64,000 nucleotides of DNA from positions 21,286-85,285 of the forward strand of contig JAFZOY010000094.1 of the NCBI GenBank assembly GCA_017552705.1, written 5' to 3'. Position numbers and translations under genes: made by a program. Of the stretch, positions 27,444 to 37,428 are shown piece by piece; positions within the stretch are counted from its first letter, which is position 1; each line of letters opens with the position of its first letter. The notes beneath the pieces were generated by a model. The model saw nothing but the letters and a program-made list of their open reading frames with translations, was not told the DNA's origin and ran no database searches. This DNA comes from Bacteroidales bacterium (GTDB lineage Bacteria; Bacteroidota; Bacteroidia; Bacteroidales; UBA1715).

Positions 27444-29030
27444 ATGTTTCATCGCTTTAAAAAGGACATATCACACATAGAATTGCCCAAACGGTTCACC
27501 TGCCCGTTTTGCTATTCACCTCATTTACTGTCTATTATGGCTGCAAATGAATTGCAGAGTTATGTTCGGGAACGTGATGATTGGGCGGACGAATTGCGGG
27601 ACGGAAAAATGTTTGGCGTATTGGTGGTGCGGAAAGGTGATGAGATAGGCTTTGTGGCCTCGTTTTCTGGGCAGATTCAAGGACAAAATCTACATGAATA
27701 TTTTGTGCCGCCTGTGTATGATTTGGTTCAGGAAGGCGGCTTCTTCAAGCAAAAGGAGGCATATATTTCGTCGTTGAACGAGAGAATTGAAGCATTGTCG
27801 AATAACGATGTGTTTCGGCGCTTTGAGGAAACGGAACAGGAACATGCGCGCATTCTTGCCGAGGAAAAGAGGAAAATGGACGATGCAAAAAAACAACGTG
27901 ATGCGATTCGGAAGAAAAATCCCGATAATGCTGTGTTGCAGGAACTTATACGGGAGAGCCAGTTCCAAAAGGCTGAATATAAACGACTATGCAAAAAACT
28001 TGCAGCGGTAGCTGGGGCTTTACAAATAGAATGTGATGCTATTCAACATGAGATAGATTTGTTGAAAGAGGAGCGGAAGGAACGTTCGCAGGCGTTGCAA
28101 CAGGAAATTTTTGAGCATTTTGTTTTTCTGAATGCGAACGGAGAGGAGGCGTGCGTGTTGGATTTGTTCGATGGCGCCATGCCTCCATCGGGGGCGGGGG
28201 AATGTGCTGCACCTCGTTTGCTTCAGTATGCGTATCGCAATCATTTACAGCCAATTGCGATGGCTGAATTTTGGTGGGGTAAATCGCCGAAACATCATAT
28301 TCGTCGGCACGGAAGTTTTTATAGTGCGTGCAAGCAAAAATGTGCTCCTATTTTAGGTTTCATGTTGCAAGGTCTTGATGTTGAAGAAAATAGGTTCTCG
28401 CAAACATACGATTTGGATGCGTTGGTGCGTGTGGTGTACGAAGATGAATGGCTGGTGATTGTCGATAAACCTATTGATGTTTTGTCGGTGCCGGGAAATA
28501 TTCCGCAACCATCGGTGTGGCATTGGGCTCGCGAAAAATATGGAGAGGTGTTTGTTGTGCATCGTTTGGATATGGCAACTTCTGGTATTTTATTGATAGC
28601 TAAGTCGTTGGATGTGTGCCGAAAATTGCAGTGTCAGTTCGAAAATCGTCTTGTCCATAAAAAATACGTTGCGATTCTTGATGGAGAGGTTCGGAACGAT
28701 TCAGGCGAAATTTCATTGCCTATGCGTCCTGATTTTGATGAACGACCTATACAAGTGGTTGATTTTGAGAATGGTAAACAAGCCGTAACGAGATATGAAG
28801 TGTTGGAACGGGGCGAAGGAAAAACTCGGGTGGCATTTTTTCCAAAAACGGGGAGAACGCACCAGTTACGGGTTCATTCCGCCCATCCTGATGGCTTGGA
28901 TTGTCCTATTTTGGGGGATTCCTTGTATGGTCGATTGGCGGATAGAATGTATTTGCATGCGGAACAACTCACGTTTATGCATCCAATTTTGGAAAAAGAA
29001 CTCACAATTAGGTGCGATGCACCATTTTAG
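27444..29030 (+). CDS. RluA family pseudouridine synthase with long N-terminal extension
   Basis: The C-terminal half carries 'VVHRLDMATSGILLIAKS' (catalytic Asp motif) and 'GRTHQLRVH'. The N-terminal ~300 aa is coiled-coil/Cys-containing. Confidence 0.85.
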   Translation: MFHRFKKDISHIELPKRFTCPFCYSPHLLSIMAANELQSYVRERDDWADELRDGKMFGVLVVRKGDEIGFVASFSGQIQGQNLHEYFVPPVYDLVQEGGFFKQKEAYISSLNERIEALSNNDVFRRFEETEQEHARILAEEKRKMDDAKKQRDAIRKKNPDNAVLQELIRESQFQKAEYKRLCKKLAAVAGALQIECDAIQHEIDLLKEERKERSQALQQEIFEHFVFLNANGEEACVLDLFDGAMPPSGAGECAAPRLLQYAYRNHLQPIAMAEFWWGKSPKHHIRRHGSFYSACKQKCAPILGFMLQGLDVEENRFSQTYDLDALVRVVYEDEWLVIVDKPIDVLSVPGNIPQPSVWHWAREKYGEVFVVHRLDMATSGILLIAKSLDVCRKLQCQFENRLVHKKYVAILDGEVRNDSGEISLPMRPDFDERPIQVVDFENGKQAVTRYEVLERGEGKTRVAFFPKTGRTHQLRVHSAHPDGLDCPILGDSLYGRLADRMYLHAEQLTFMHPILEKELTIRCDAPF

Positions 29031-29048
29031 TTGTATTTTTGCGCCATA

Positions 29049-29744
29049 ATGAAACGATATTCTACAGTAATTTTTGATTTAGACGGAACGTTGATGGACA
29101 CTTTGGAAGATATTTCCAATAGTGTGAACTATGCGTTGGGTGAACTGGGACTTCCAATCCGCAGTATTGACGAAATCCGCACATTTGTTGGAAACGGCGT
29201 TAAGGAATTGTTGGTGTGTGCGTTGCAGGCTGCCGCAAAGCAAGCTGGCATTTTGTATTCCGAAGATATGTTGGCACGTTCGTTGCCTTTGTTTCGGCAA
29301 CATTATACTGTTCATTGTCAGGATTGTACAAAACCTTACGAAGGAATTTTTGATTTGTTGGAACAGTTGAAAAAAGCAGGGATAGCAATGGCAATCGTTT
29401 CAAATAAACCGCAACGTGAAGTGTCTATTTTACGTGAAAATCATTTCAAAAAATGGATAGATGTAGCCTATGGTGAAAACGAGTCTGCGGGAATTCGCCG
29501 TAAACCCTTTCCTGATATGGTTTTCCGTGCAATTGACGAATTGTGCGAAGATAGGTGTAAAACTATTTATGTGGGGGATTCGGAGACTGATTTTGCTACC
29601 GCAATGAATGCAGGTGTTGATTGTATTTCTGTGTTGTGGGGATTTCGAACAGAGGAACGGTTACGTACTTGTGGGGCTACGGTGTTTGCTCATTCTCCGT
29701 CGGAAGTTTTTTCACTTGTTTCTGGCTCGGAATCAGAGAGATAG
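29049..29744 (+). CDS. HAD family hydrolase (phosphoglycolate phosphatase-like)
   Basis: 'VIFDLDGTLMDT' (motif I), 'VSNK' and 'YVGDSETDFATA' (motif IV). Start set to ATG 29049 (MKRYSTV). Confidence 0.85.
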   Translation: MKRYSTVIFDLDGTLMDTLEDISNSVNYALGELGLPIRSIDEIRTFVGNGVKELLVCALQAAAKQAGILYSEDMLARSLPLFRQHYTVHCQDCTKPYEGIFDLLEQLKKAGIAMAIVSNKPQREVSILRENHFKKWIDVAYGENESAGIRRKPFPDMVFRAIDELCEDRCKTIYVGDSETDFATAMNAGVDCISVLWGFRTEERLRTCGATVFAHSPSEVFSLVSGSESER

Positions 29745-30421
29745 ATTTTTCTTGTGTCGTAAAATAGCACATATTCGGGTACAGAATATCTGCCAAAATC
29801 CATAAATCGTTGGTTATAATATGCATGCGACGGGTAATTTGTTTCGATAATGCCCCCGTGTGTGGCTGCGTGAATAAATCTGACCGTTTGTCGTGTGGTG
29901 TCCACATCGACAATAAGACCGACGTGTCCCACTGATTTTCGTCCGTTTCTGCCCATAAAGAATATCAGATCACCTTGTTGTGCCTGACAGATGTCGGAAA
30001 ATTGGCGAGGAGCCTCTTTGTATTGGTAGGTGGAACTTGAAGGTAGTTGAATACCGAAATGTGAAAAAACAAATCCGGTAAAACCTGAGCAATCAAAAGA
30101 GTCGGGACCTTTGGAGCCGTATCTGTAAGGCTTCCCTAAAAACGACTCAGCATAGCAGATGAGCGAGTCGATAAACGGCATCTGATAACATCCAAGAGTG
30201 TCGATTCTAAATGGAGGTTCAGTGGGAATGGTATCGGTTGCTGTGGAGTCGTTCGGGGTAGTTTCCGCATATAAATTGGAAACGATATTTGAATTTGCTA
30301 TTGAATCGTTTGTTTGAGCGTATGATTTTGATACTGTTGATAGTAGCAGTATAAACAATGTTGCGATTTGTAATACGTTGTTCCGCATGTTTTTTACAAA
30401 TCGTTGAGGGTTATTATTCAA
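29690..30421 (-). CDS. C40 family peptidase (NlpC/P60)
   Basis: Signal peptide. 'FDCSGFTGFVFSHFG' (catalytic Cys) and 'GHVGLIV' (His). Its 3' end overlaps the convergent HAD gene by 55 nt. Confidence 0.85.
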   Translation of the reverse strand: MNNNPQRFVKNMRNNVLQIATLFILLLSTVSKSYAQTNDSIANSNIVSNLYAETTPNDSTATDTIPTEPPFRIDTLGCYQMPFIDSLICYAESFLGKPYRYGSKGPDSFDCSGFTGFVFSHFGIQLPSSSTYQYKEAPRQFSDICQAQQGDLIFFMGRNGRKSVGHVGLIVDVDTTRQTVRFIHAATHGGIIETNYPSHAYYNQRFMDFGRYSVPEYVLFYDTRKIYLSDSEPETSEKTSDGE

Positions 30422-31133
30422 GAAGATTTTTTATAACACCATCTTTATAATATGGAATCACGTTGCAGGTGTCCATTGTGATGCAATAGTCAATACATTG
30501 GTCAACGCCGTTTTTGCGAAGGCGGCTTCGTTGGGCGCATTTCTCCAAGTATTGGGCAAGGTTGTCTTTATGTTCGTTCCACATATCGATGGCGGCAACG
30601 GTGGAGTCGCAGATGGTCTCGAATTTTCCTGTCTTCAAAAGTGCGTCGGCTACGGCACCCATGAAAATAGAATCTTCGATGTTGAATTTGTTTTTCCACC
30701 CGGCGCAAAGTAACGTAATATCCTTGTCTTGTTTTTGTAACCAGTCAACCAACACCGAAAAGTTTGAGAACGCACCAATCACTACGGCTTTGCATTCCAC
30801 ACCGAGTTGAATTGTTTTGGTGCCGTTTGTGGTGCTGTACACAATGTCACGGCCTTCCACAATGCTGCGTTCAAATTTCTCGGGGGAGTTTCCGAAGTCG
30901 GCGAAATCTATTTTTATGCCGTTTCGCTCGGCTGCAATCAAGTATCCTTTTTCTTTGTAAGTTCTGGCTTCGTCAACGCTTTTTACTGGAATGATTGAAC
31001 GGACACCATTTTCGAATGCCACGCAAATGGAACTTGTTGCCCGAAACACATCGGTTACAACCACAATCGCATCTTTGTTTTCGAAATATTCAAATAGGGC
31101 AGGGCTAAAGCATGTCTCAATTATGTGTTTCAT
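30414..31133 (-). CDS. comB: 2-phosphosulfolactate phosphatase family protein
   Basis: 'AIVVVTDVFRATSSICVAFENG' and overall ~240-aa size are typical of the ComB family. Start set to ATG 31133 (MKHIIE). Confidence 0.8.
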   Translation of the reverse strand: MKHIIETCFSPALFEYFENKDAIVVVTDVFRATSSICVAFENGVRSIIPVKSVDEARTYKEKGYLIAAERNGIKIDFADFGNSPEKFERSIVEGRDIVYSTTNGTKTIQLGVECKAVVIGAFSNFSVLVDWLQKQDKDITLLCAGWKNKFNIEDSIFMGAVADALLKTGKFETICDSTVAAIDMWNEHKDNLAQYLEKCAQRSRLRKNGVDQCIDYCITMDTCNVIPYYKDGVIKNLLE

Positions 31134-32559
31134 TTTCAGCAAGTTTTTCTTTAATGTCAAACATTACAATTATTGCGATGAATCCCCAGAACAGCGAGGC
31201 AATTTTATCCATATCAAGAAAATCGTTCAGAAAACCATGCAGATAGTAGGTTATCAGTCCCAAAAGTAGGAACAGAACGGTTTCTTTTGTGAGTTGATTT
31301 TGTGTTTTGTTGTAAAGATTAAATCCAGTGACGAGCACTGTCACCAAAAGCGCAATGAACGACAACGCTCCAGGAAGTCCAGCATCGGCGAGCAGCCCCA
31401 AATATTCACTGTGGGCGTTTCCAAGGTCAGCGGCGTTGGTGCTGATTTTTGTGCGGTCTTCGGAATGTTGGAACGGGGCGTACATAAACATATATGTTCC
31501 CGGGCCGAATCCCACGATAGGACGTTCCATGAACATTCTGCATGCGCATTTCCATCTGTTGATGCGTTCCGTATTGGAATCATCTTTGGTAATATTCGAA
31601 GCAGATTTCAAGTGCGCAAGGAAGTCGGTGCTCGAAACCTCAGTGTTTTTCGATGTCTTGTAGATAATGTCGTTGTAGAATGGTGCAATCATAACTGTTG
31701 CCACCACCGTTACAAGTATCAAGTTTTTGATTTTTATCCGAAGTTTTAATACAACCCAAAGAGCTCCTACGGCAAGTATTCCCAACCAAGCAGCACGGGT
31801 ATATGAGAATAGTAAGGCAACGCAGAGTAGGAACAGTAACAACATATTGAAGAATGTGATGCTGAAATCGGAACGTGTGCGCTTAATTACAACAATCATA
31901 GCCGGTATCAGTAATGCTAATGCGGCTCCATACGAAGTATGGTCGCGGAAAAATGGCTGCATAACCCGATATGATGTGTCGTGCGAAAAATATGACGGTG
32001 CATGTTGCAACAAAGTGTAGATGATGACAATAGAAAATCCCAACGTGTAGGCAAGTATATATTTTGAGATATTGTCTTCGTTTCTAACGAATTGCGTCAC
32101 AATGAAATAAAAACATGAGATAAACCAAATCCGTGTCAATAGATATTTAAATGAAACTATCGGCATTTCCGAAAGCAAGCAGGAGAAAAACAACCAGCCA
32201 AGATATATGTAAATGCAGATGCTGACAGGATGTTTCAATACTTCCTTGTCGAATTTTCGTTCACCAATCAGTTTGACAAAGAATACACACATTGTCAAGA
32301 ATATGAACGGCTCTGTTGGCAGGCTCATGTTAAATGGCGGATTGGGAACCAATTCCGATAGTTCTACAGATAGAGGCGTGCAGAACAATATGATAATCAG
32401 TAGTTTATCGAGGGCAAGAAATGCCAAAAAACAGAGTGCAAGTCCAAATGGAATGAGCGTAACGATGTAGGATTCGTTCAATATGCCAACCATATTAGCA
32501 ATTATGAACAATATTGCCGTGATATAGAGGCACAGAATCGTTTTTTTCTCCGAAATCAC
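31117..32559 (-). CDS. O-antigen ligase (Wzy_C) family membrane protein
   Basis: 480-aa polytopic protein with a 'FSYTRAAWLGILAVGALW' Wzy_C-type segment and a large periplasmic loop. Confidence 0.8.
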   Translation of the reverse strand: MISEKKTILCLYITAILFIIANMVGILNESYIVTLIPFGLALCFLAFLALDKLLIIILFCTPLSVELSELVPNPPFNMSLPTEPFIFLTMCVFFVKLIGERKFDKEVLKHPVSICIYIYLGWLFFSCLLSEMPIVSFKYLLTRIWFISCFYFIVTQFVRNEDNISKYILAYTLGFSIVIIYTLLQHAPSYFSHDTSYRVMQPFFRDHTSYGAALALLIPAMIVVIKRTRSDFSITFFNMLLLFLLCVALLFSYTRAAWLGILAVGALWVVLKLRIKIKNLILVTVVATVMIAPFYNDIIYKTSKNTEVSSTDFLAHLKSASNITKDDSNTERINRWKCACRMFMERPIVGFGPGTYMFMYAPFQHSEDRTKISTNAADLGNAHSEYLGLLADAGLPGALSFIALLVTVLVTGFNLYNKTQNQLTKETVLFLLLGLITYYLHGFLNDFLDMDKIASLFWGFIAIIVMFDIKEKLAENETHN

Positions 32560-32562
32560 CTT

Positions 32563-33627
32563 CTATTCTTGTTTTTTAGCTTCTTCCTGACGTTTGAAGT
32601 CGTTTACCAATTCAATGAAAATCAGTACTATAAATGTAAGAACAAATGTCGCGATAGTTGAAACACCAACAATGATAGCCCGTTTTGGTTTTGCCTTTTT
32701 GTCAGCCTTAATTGCTTTGTTTACAACGAAATAGTGCGTCAATATTTGTTCAGCGTCAACCTTAGCCTCTTTGTATTTTTGGTTCAAGGCACTGAGTTGT
32801 TCGCTTTCAAATTCAAGGAAATCGCGGAGCGAAACGTAAGCGGCTCCGTATTTTGCAAGAGTGTCAAGTTGTTCTTTGATTCGGTTGGCACCTTTCGTGT
32901 TTCCCGAAGCAATCGCCTGGGCGTAGGCTTCGTTTACCACTTCCGACTGTGATTCGTAGTCGTAGATTCCTTTTTCCATGATTCTTCGTAGGGAATCCTT
33001 GAACATACTGATTTGTTCTTCTTTTGCTTTGTATTCATATTCAACGATTTGCAAGGCTTCCTTAGCACGTTTGTGTTCCATTTGGTTCATAACCGTGTCG
33101 ATGAGGGTTGCTATATCGTTGGCAATCATAGCGGCTGTGTCAGGGTTTGCGTCCAACACCGAAATCTCAACAGCCATATATTCCGTTCTCTTGTATGTAA
33201 TCCGTTTTTGGTATTTCTTCATCATTTTGTCGTTCGGATATTTCACGTGTGCGGAGTCAATATCGTAGTGTTGCCACAGATTGTATTTGTTGATGATTTT
33301 TGTCCGCAACATATCGCTGTTCAAAACCTGAAGAATCTGTTCCGTTTCCTTGTCCTCGCCGTACATTGATTCTTTTTTTGCGGCGTCTTTTGTCGCAATC
33401 AATTCCTGTGAAATCGACAATGACGGAGCAGGATAAATAACTACCGATGAACGATACAACGGCGTGATGAGGAATGAAACGATGATAGCAATGATGGCAC
33501 CAATCAACGTAGTGATAATCAGTTGCTTTTTGTAAATAAATACTTTGTAAATCAAATCATTCGAATTGAAAGAATAGCGTTCGTCGTTGTGTTCCATTGT
33601 GTAGTTATTCGTTTTTAAAGAGTCCAT
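32563..33627 (-). CDS. Polysaccharide chain-length determinant (Wzz/PCP) protein
   Basis: N- and C-terminal TM helices flank a long coiled-coil periplasmic region. Lies next to the O-antigen ligase gene. An alternative start at ATG 33597 would avoid overlap with dNK. Confidence 0.75.
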   Translation of the reverse strand: MDSLKTNNYTMEHNDERYSFNSNDLIYKVFIYKKQLIITTLIGAIIAIIVSFLITPLYRSSVVIYPAPSLSISQELIATKDAAKKESMYGEDKETEQILQVLNSDMLRTKIINKYNLWQHYDIDSAHVKYPNDKMMKKYQKRITYKRTEYMAVEISVLDANPDTAAMIANDIATLIDTVMNQMEHKRAKEALQIVEYEYKAKEEQISMFKDSLRRIMEKGIYDYESQSEVVNEAYAQAIASGNTKGANRIKEQLDTLAKYGAAYVSLRDFLEFESEQLSALNQKYKEAKVDAEQILTHYFVVNKAIKADKKAKPKRAIIVGVSTIATFVLTFIVLIFIELVNDFKRQEEAKKQE

Positions 33628-34228
33628 ATAGTTCCGCGTCTATTTTGTTTACGATTTTACTGAAATCATCTGGATTGTCGATGAAATTGATGGAATCCGT
33701 GTCTATAACGAGAATATTTCCCAAATCGTATGACTTAACCCATGTTTCGTAGCGGCGGTTCAAACTTTCCAAATAATCCAAACGGATAGCGTTCTCGTAT
33801 TCACGTCCTTTACTTTGGATACGTTTCACCAGTGTGGGAATAGATGCTTTTAGGTAAATAAGCAAATCGGGTGCTTGCAGCAGTTGCTCCACTTGGCGGA
33901 ATAGCGAAAAATATGTTTCGAAATCGCGTGTCGCCATCAGTTTCATTCCGTGTAGGTTCGGTGCGAAGATATACGCATCTTCGTAAATCGTGCGGTCTTG
34001 AATCACATCTTTCCCCGAACTACGTATGTTCATAATATTTTGTAAGCGACTGTGCAGATACGAAATCTGTACGTTGAACGCCCAAGCTTTCATGTCTTGG
34101 TAAAAATCGTTCAAGTAAGGATTGTCGTCAACTACTTCGTAATTCGCTTCCCAACCGTAATGCTTTGCAAGCATACTTGTCAGTGTGGTTTTCCCAACGC
34201 CAATATTTCCTGCTATAGCTATATGCAT
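33605..34228 (-). CDS. Deoxynucleoside kinase
   Basis: P-loop 'IAGNIGVGKTTL', 'NPYLNDFY' and 'DRTIYED' are typical of the dAK/dGK/dCK family. 207 aa. Confidence 0.9.
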   Translation of the reverse strand: MHIAIAGNIGVGKTTLTSMLAKHYGWEANYEVVDDNPYLNDFYQDMKAWAFNVQISYLHSRLQNIMNIRSSGKDVIQDRTIYEDAYIFAPNLHGMKLMATRDFETYFSLFRQVEQLLQAPDLLIYLKASIPTLVKRIQSKGREYENAIRLDYLESLNRRYETWVKSYDLGNILVIDTDSINFIDNPDDFSKIVNKIDAELYGLFKNE

Positions 34229-34263
34229 ATCGTAAAATGTTTAGTTCGCAAAAATACAAAAGT

Positions 34264-35412
34264 CTATTCTATTTGAAAAAATTTAAGATTAGAAATGTTC
34301 ATCAATGATACGTTTGTGTAATAGAATTGCAGAATGTCCTTGTAGGAATAGCCTTGCCGAGCCATTTCCATTGCGCCTTCCTGCGACATTCCCACGCCGT
34401 GTCCGAATCCTTTTCCGTAAAAAACCACTTCATCTTCCCTTGCGTCGATGCAGAAAAATGTGGATTTTAGTTTCCAATCGCTTCGAATTGTGGTGAGTAA
34501 TAATAATGAATCGTTGCAATCTGCCATAAGATATTTCGCACGGTTGAATTGTTCAAATGAGAGGTCGGCGGAGTCGGCAATCGGGTATCCTTTTTTACGA
34601 AGATATGCTTCCCATTCCGTTCGTGGAATTTTTACTTTCCATTCATATCTTGGCTGACCGACGCTGAACGGGTCTTCTTTCCCCCGTAGGTAAGGAATAG
34701 GTTTGTCCCATACCAATTCGCTGTTGCTTGTTTCGCCTCCCGAATTTGAATAAAATGTTGCTTCAATGAGATTTTGATTTTCGTCAACAAGCACCAATCC
34801 TTTGGTTACCTTGGTTGCTTCCTCAATTGCTTTGCTGTATCGGCATCTGCCTAAATATGCCTGACAATGAACATCGTCACATAGGTTGTAGCCGCTTTTG
34901 AGGTGGCGTTTGTAGAATTTTGCGGCGTATGTGCGGCAAAGAATTGCCTGCGCCTTGTAATAGGCTATGTTTGCTTTTGCTCCACCTTCCGATTCAACTA
35001 CGCCGGCAATATATTTCTCGAAGTTCACATCGTTTATTAGAATGAGTGAATTTTTTGAAGTCTTCACATATAAATCGTTGTCGTATTCTCGAGCCTTTGG
35101 CGTGTTGCTGTGGAACCGAGTCTGAAAAATATTTTCCTGGGTGTTGCCCCGAATGAGCAAAAGTGTGTCGGCTGTTTGTACGCCAGCCTTTGTAGTAATG
35201 TATATTTTGTGGTTTTTTCGGCTGATTGTCGCCGATTGCCCTTCGTCGATGGAACAAAGAAGCTTGTTGTTCGCCACAAAATCGTATTTGCCTGATTTTG
35301 CGTAAAATACAAAAGTCTCGATTTTGTTTTGTGAATAGATGCGTATGTTGATATTTTGGCTCACACCAATACAAGCAAGAAGTAAAAAAAAGATTGTGAG
35401 CCGTAATTTCAT
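34264..35412 (-). CDS. SpoIID/LytB domain-containing protein
   Basis: Signal peptide. 'NLCDDVHCQAYLG', 'FYSNSGGETSNSELVW' and 'GHGVGMSQEGA' are SpoIID-domain signatures. Confidence 0.9.
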   Translation of the reverse strand: MKLRLTIFFLLLACIGVSQNINIRIYSQNKIETFVFYAKSGKYDFVANNKLLCSIDEGQSATISRKNHKIYITTKAGVQTADTLLLIRGNTQENIFQTRFHSNTPKAREYDNDLYVKTSKNSLILINDVNFEKYIAGVVESEGGAKANIAYYKAQAILCRTYAAKFYKRHLKSGYNLCDDVHCQAYLGRCRYSKAIEEATKVTKGLVLVDENQNLIEATFYSNSGGETSNSELVWDKPIPYLRGKEDPFSVGQPRYEWKVKIPRTEWEAYLRKKGYPIADSADLSFEQFNRAKYLMADCNDSLLLLTTIRSDWKLKSTFFCIDAREDEVVFYGKGFGHGVGMSQEGAMEMARQGYSYKDILQFYYTNVSLMNISNLKFFQIE

Positions 35413-35686
35413 CGTAATAAAACTGTATCTAACTAAACATCAAGATATTAAGAACTTTAATAACCTTGTGCTAAAATACAAAAAAAAACAAAATGCTGTT
35501 CCTTTTTGATAAAAATGGCATTGCCGGTGAATTTTTCTTTTTTTTTTCGAAAAAACACCGAAAAGCAAGTCTTTTGCTATTTTTTTTGTGATTCGCAAAA
35601 CCGTTATAAAAAGAGGTCAATACCTCTATGCCATTGCTATGACAGAGGTAGAGCGAAATAGCACAAAATAGCAAATGTTTGGACAT

Positions 35687-35719
35687 AAAAAAAGCACCTA
35701 CGTTTGTAAGTGCTTTTTT
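35687..35719. terminator. Intrinsic terminator downstream of tRNA-Arg
   Basis: aaaaaaAAGCACctacgtttgtaaGTGCTTtttt: a 6-bp stem with A/T runs on both sides, directly 3' of the tRNA on the minus strand. Confidence 0.6.
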
Positions 35720-35721
35720 AG

Positions 35722-35795
35722 TGATTCGGATGCGATTCGAACGCATGACCCACAGCTTAGAAGGCTGTTGCTCTATCCAGCTGAGCTACCGAACC
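35722..35795 (-). tRNA. tRNA-Arg (anticodon TCT)
   Basis: Minus strand: GGTTCGG-TA-GCTC-AGCTGGATA-GAGC-A-ACAGC-CTTCTAA-GCTGT-GGGTC-ATGCG-TTCGAAT-CGCAT-CCGAATC-A. A full 74-nt cloverleaf with a TTCGAAT T-loop and anticodon TCT. No encoded CCA. Confidence 0.95.
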
Positions 35796-35859
35796 GACCT
35801 ATTTTGGTGTGGCAAATATACTAATTAACCACAAATTCCCAAGTTTACACAGAACTTTT

Positions 35860-37332
35860 TTAGTATGCGATTGCAAACAAAGCTCGTTTGTGCGACGGTT
35901 TTCCCGAATAAATGCACGTTCCTTCCTCGTCTGGCGCATCAAATGGAATACAACGAACTGTTGCCTTTGTCTCTTCCTTGATTCGCTCTTCTGTCTCGGT
36001 TGTACCGTCCCAGTGGGCAAGAATGAATCCGTCGCAGTTCTTTACTCGTTCCTTGAATTCTTCGTAGGTGTCAACTTTGTAAGTGTGTGCCGTACGGAAA
36101 TCTTTTGCTTTTTGCAACAAATTCTTTTGTATGTCGTCCAAAAGTTTTTCTACGTATTCATCAACATTGTCGAACGAAACGGTTTCTTTCGTCAGCGTGT
36201 CACGACGGGCAACTTCAATAGTGCCGTTTTCAAGGTCGCGGGCACCCATTGCCAAACGTACGGGAACGCCTTTCAATTCGTATTCGGCAAATTTCCATCC
36301 CGGCTTTTGGGTGTCGTCGTCATCGTATTTCACGGTAATGCCACGTGCTTCCAATGCTTGTTTTACTTGCATTGCCTTTTCGGTAATAGCCGACAGTTGT
36401 TCTTCGTTTTTGTAGATAGGAACTATCACTACTTGTATAGGAGCTAATTTTGGAGGCAGCACAAGACCGTTGTCGTCGGAGTGCGTCATAATCAAAGCAC
36501 CCATCAAACGGGTTGAAACACCCCACGAGGTTGCCCACACGTAGTCGGAAACACCTTCTTTGTTAGTGTAGGTCACGTCGAATGCTTTTGCAAAATTTTG
36601 CCCCAAGAAATGCGATGTTCCCGATTGCAATGCCTTTCCGTCTTGCATCAACGCCTCGATTGTGTAGGTGTCAAGAGCACCGGCGAAACGCTCGTTTGCT
36701 GATTTCACACCTTTAATGACAGGAATTGCCAAAAAATTCTCTGCGAAATCGGCATATACGTTAATCATTTTTTCAGCTTCTTCGCGAGCTTCTTCGGCAG
36801 TTGCGTGTGCAGTGTGACCTTCTTGCCACAAGAATTCTGCAGTACGCAAAAACAAGCGAGTTCTCATCTCCCAACGTACCACGTTTGCCCATTGGTTACA
36901 CAAAATAGGCAAGTCACGATACGAGTGAATCCATTTTTTATACGTATTCCAAATGATTGTCTCCGAAGTCGGGCGGACAATCAGTTCTTCCTCAAGTTTC
37001 GCATTTTCGTCAACCACGACGCCTTTTCCGTCAGGATCGTTTTTCAAACGATAGTGGGTAACCACCGCACATTCTTTTGCAAACCCTTCCACGTGGCTTG
37101 CTTCCTTGCTGAAAAAAGACTTTGGTATGAAAAGTGGAAAGTACGCATTTACGTGTCCTGTTGCTTTGAACATGGAATCAAGCTGATGCTGCATTTTTTC
37201 CCAAATTGCATATCCGTAAGGCTTGATGACCATACAACCACGAACCGATGAAGTTTCTGCCAGATTCGCCTGTACAACAAGCTCGTTGTACCATTGCGAG
37301 TAATTTTCTTTTCGACTTGTTAATTTAGCCAT
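35860..37332 (-). CDS. proS: Proline--tRNA ligase (archaeal/eukaryote-like type)
   Basis: '[19 protein letters not shown]' start, class II motifs and a C-terminal '...FAIAY' end typical of ~490-aa ProRS. Start set to ATG 37332. Confidence 0.95.
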   Translation of the reverse strand: MAKLTSRKENYSQWYNELVVQANLAETSSVRGCMVIKPYGYAIWEKMQHQLDSMFKATGHVNAYFPLFIPKSFFSKEASHVEGFAKECAVVTHYRLKNDPDGKGVVVDENAKLEEELIVRPTSETIIWNTYKKWIHSYRDLPILCNQWANVVRWEMRTRLFLRTAEFLWQEGHTAHATAEEAREEAEKMINVYADFAENFLAIPVIKGVKSANERFAGALDTYTIEALMQDGKALQSGTSHFLGQNFAKAFDVTYTNKEGVSDYVWATSWGVSTRLMGALIMTHSDDNGLVLPPKLAPIQVVIVPIYKNEEQLSAITEKAMQVKQALEARGITVKYDDDDTQKPGWKFAEYELKGVPVRLAMGARDLENGTIEVARRDTLTKETVSFDNVDEYVEKLLDDIQKNLLQKAKDFRTAHTYKVDTYEEFKERVKNCDGFILAHWDGTTETEERIKEETKATVRCIPFDAPDEEGTCIYSGKPSHKRALFAIAY

Positions 37333-37428
37333 AATTTTGGTATGATAATTGCTTATTGCAAATTGATTAAATTTTAATGCAAATAAAAAAAAATTATTGA
37401 TAATTTTAACCATTCGGAGGATTTAACT

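Noticed and set aside
35471-35746. 91-aa minus-strand ORF spanning the tRNA-Arg 3' end and the T/A-rich intergenic region
   Set aside because: It overlaps the tRNA and its terminator, and it runs through homopolymer tracts (FFFF/KKKK). Non-coding is the simpler reading.
35809-36447. 212-aa plus-strand ORF antisense to proS
   Set aside because: It lies entirely within the well-supported proS CDS on the opposite strand and has no motif support.
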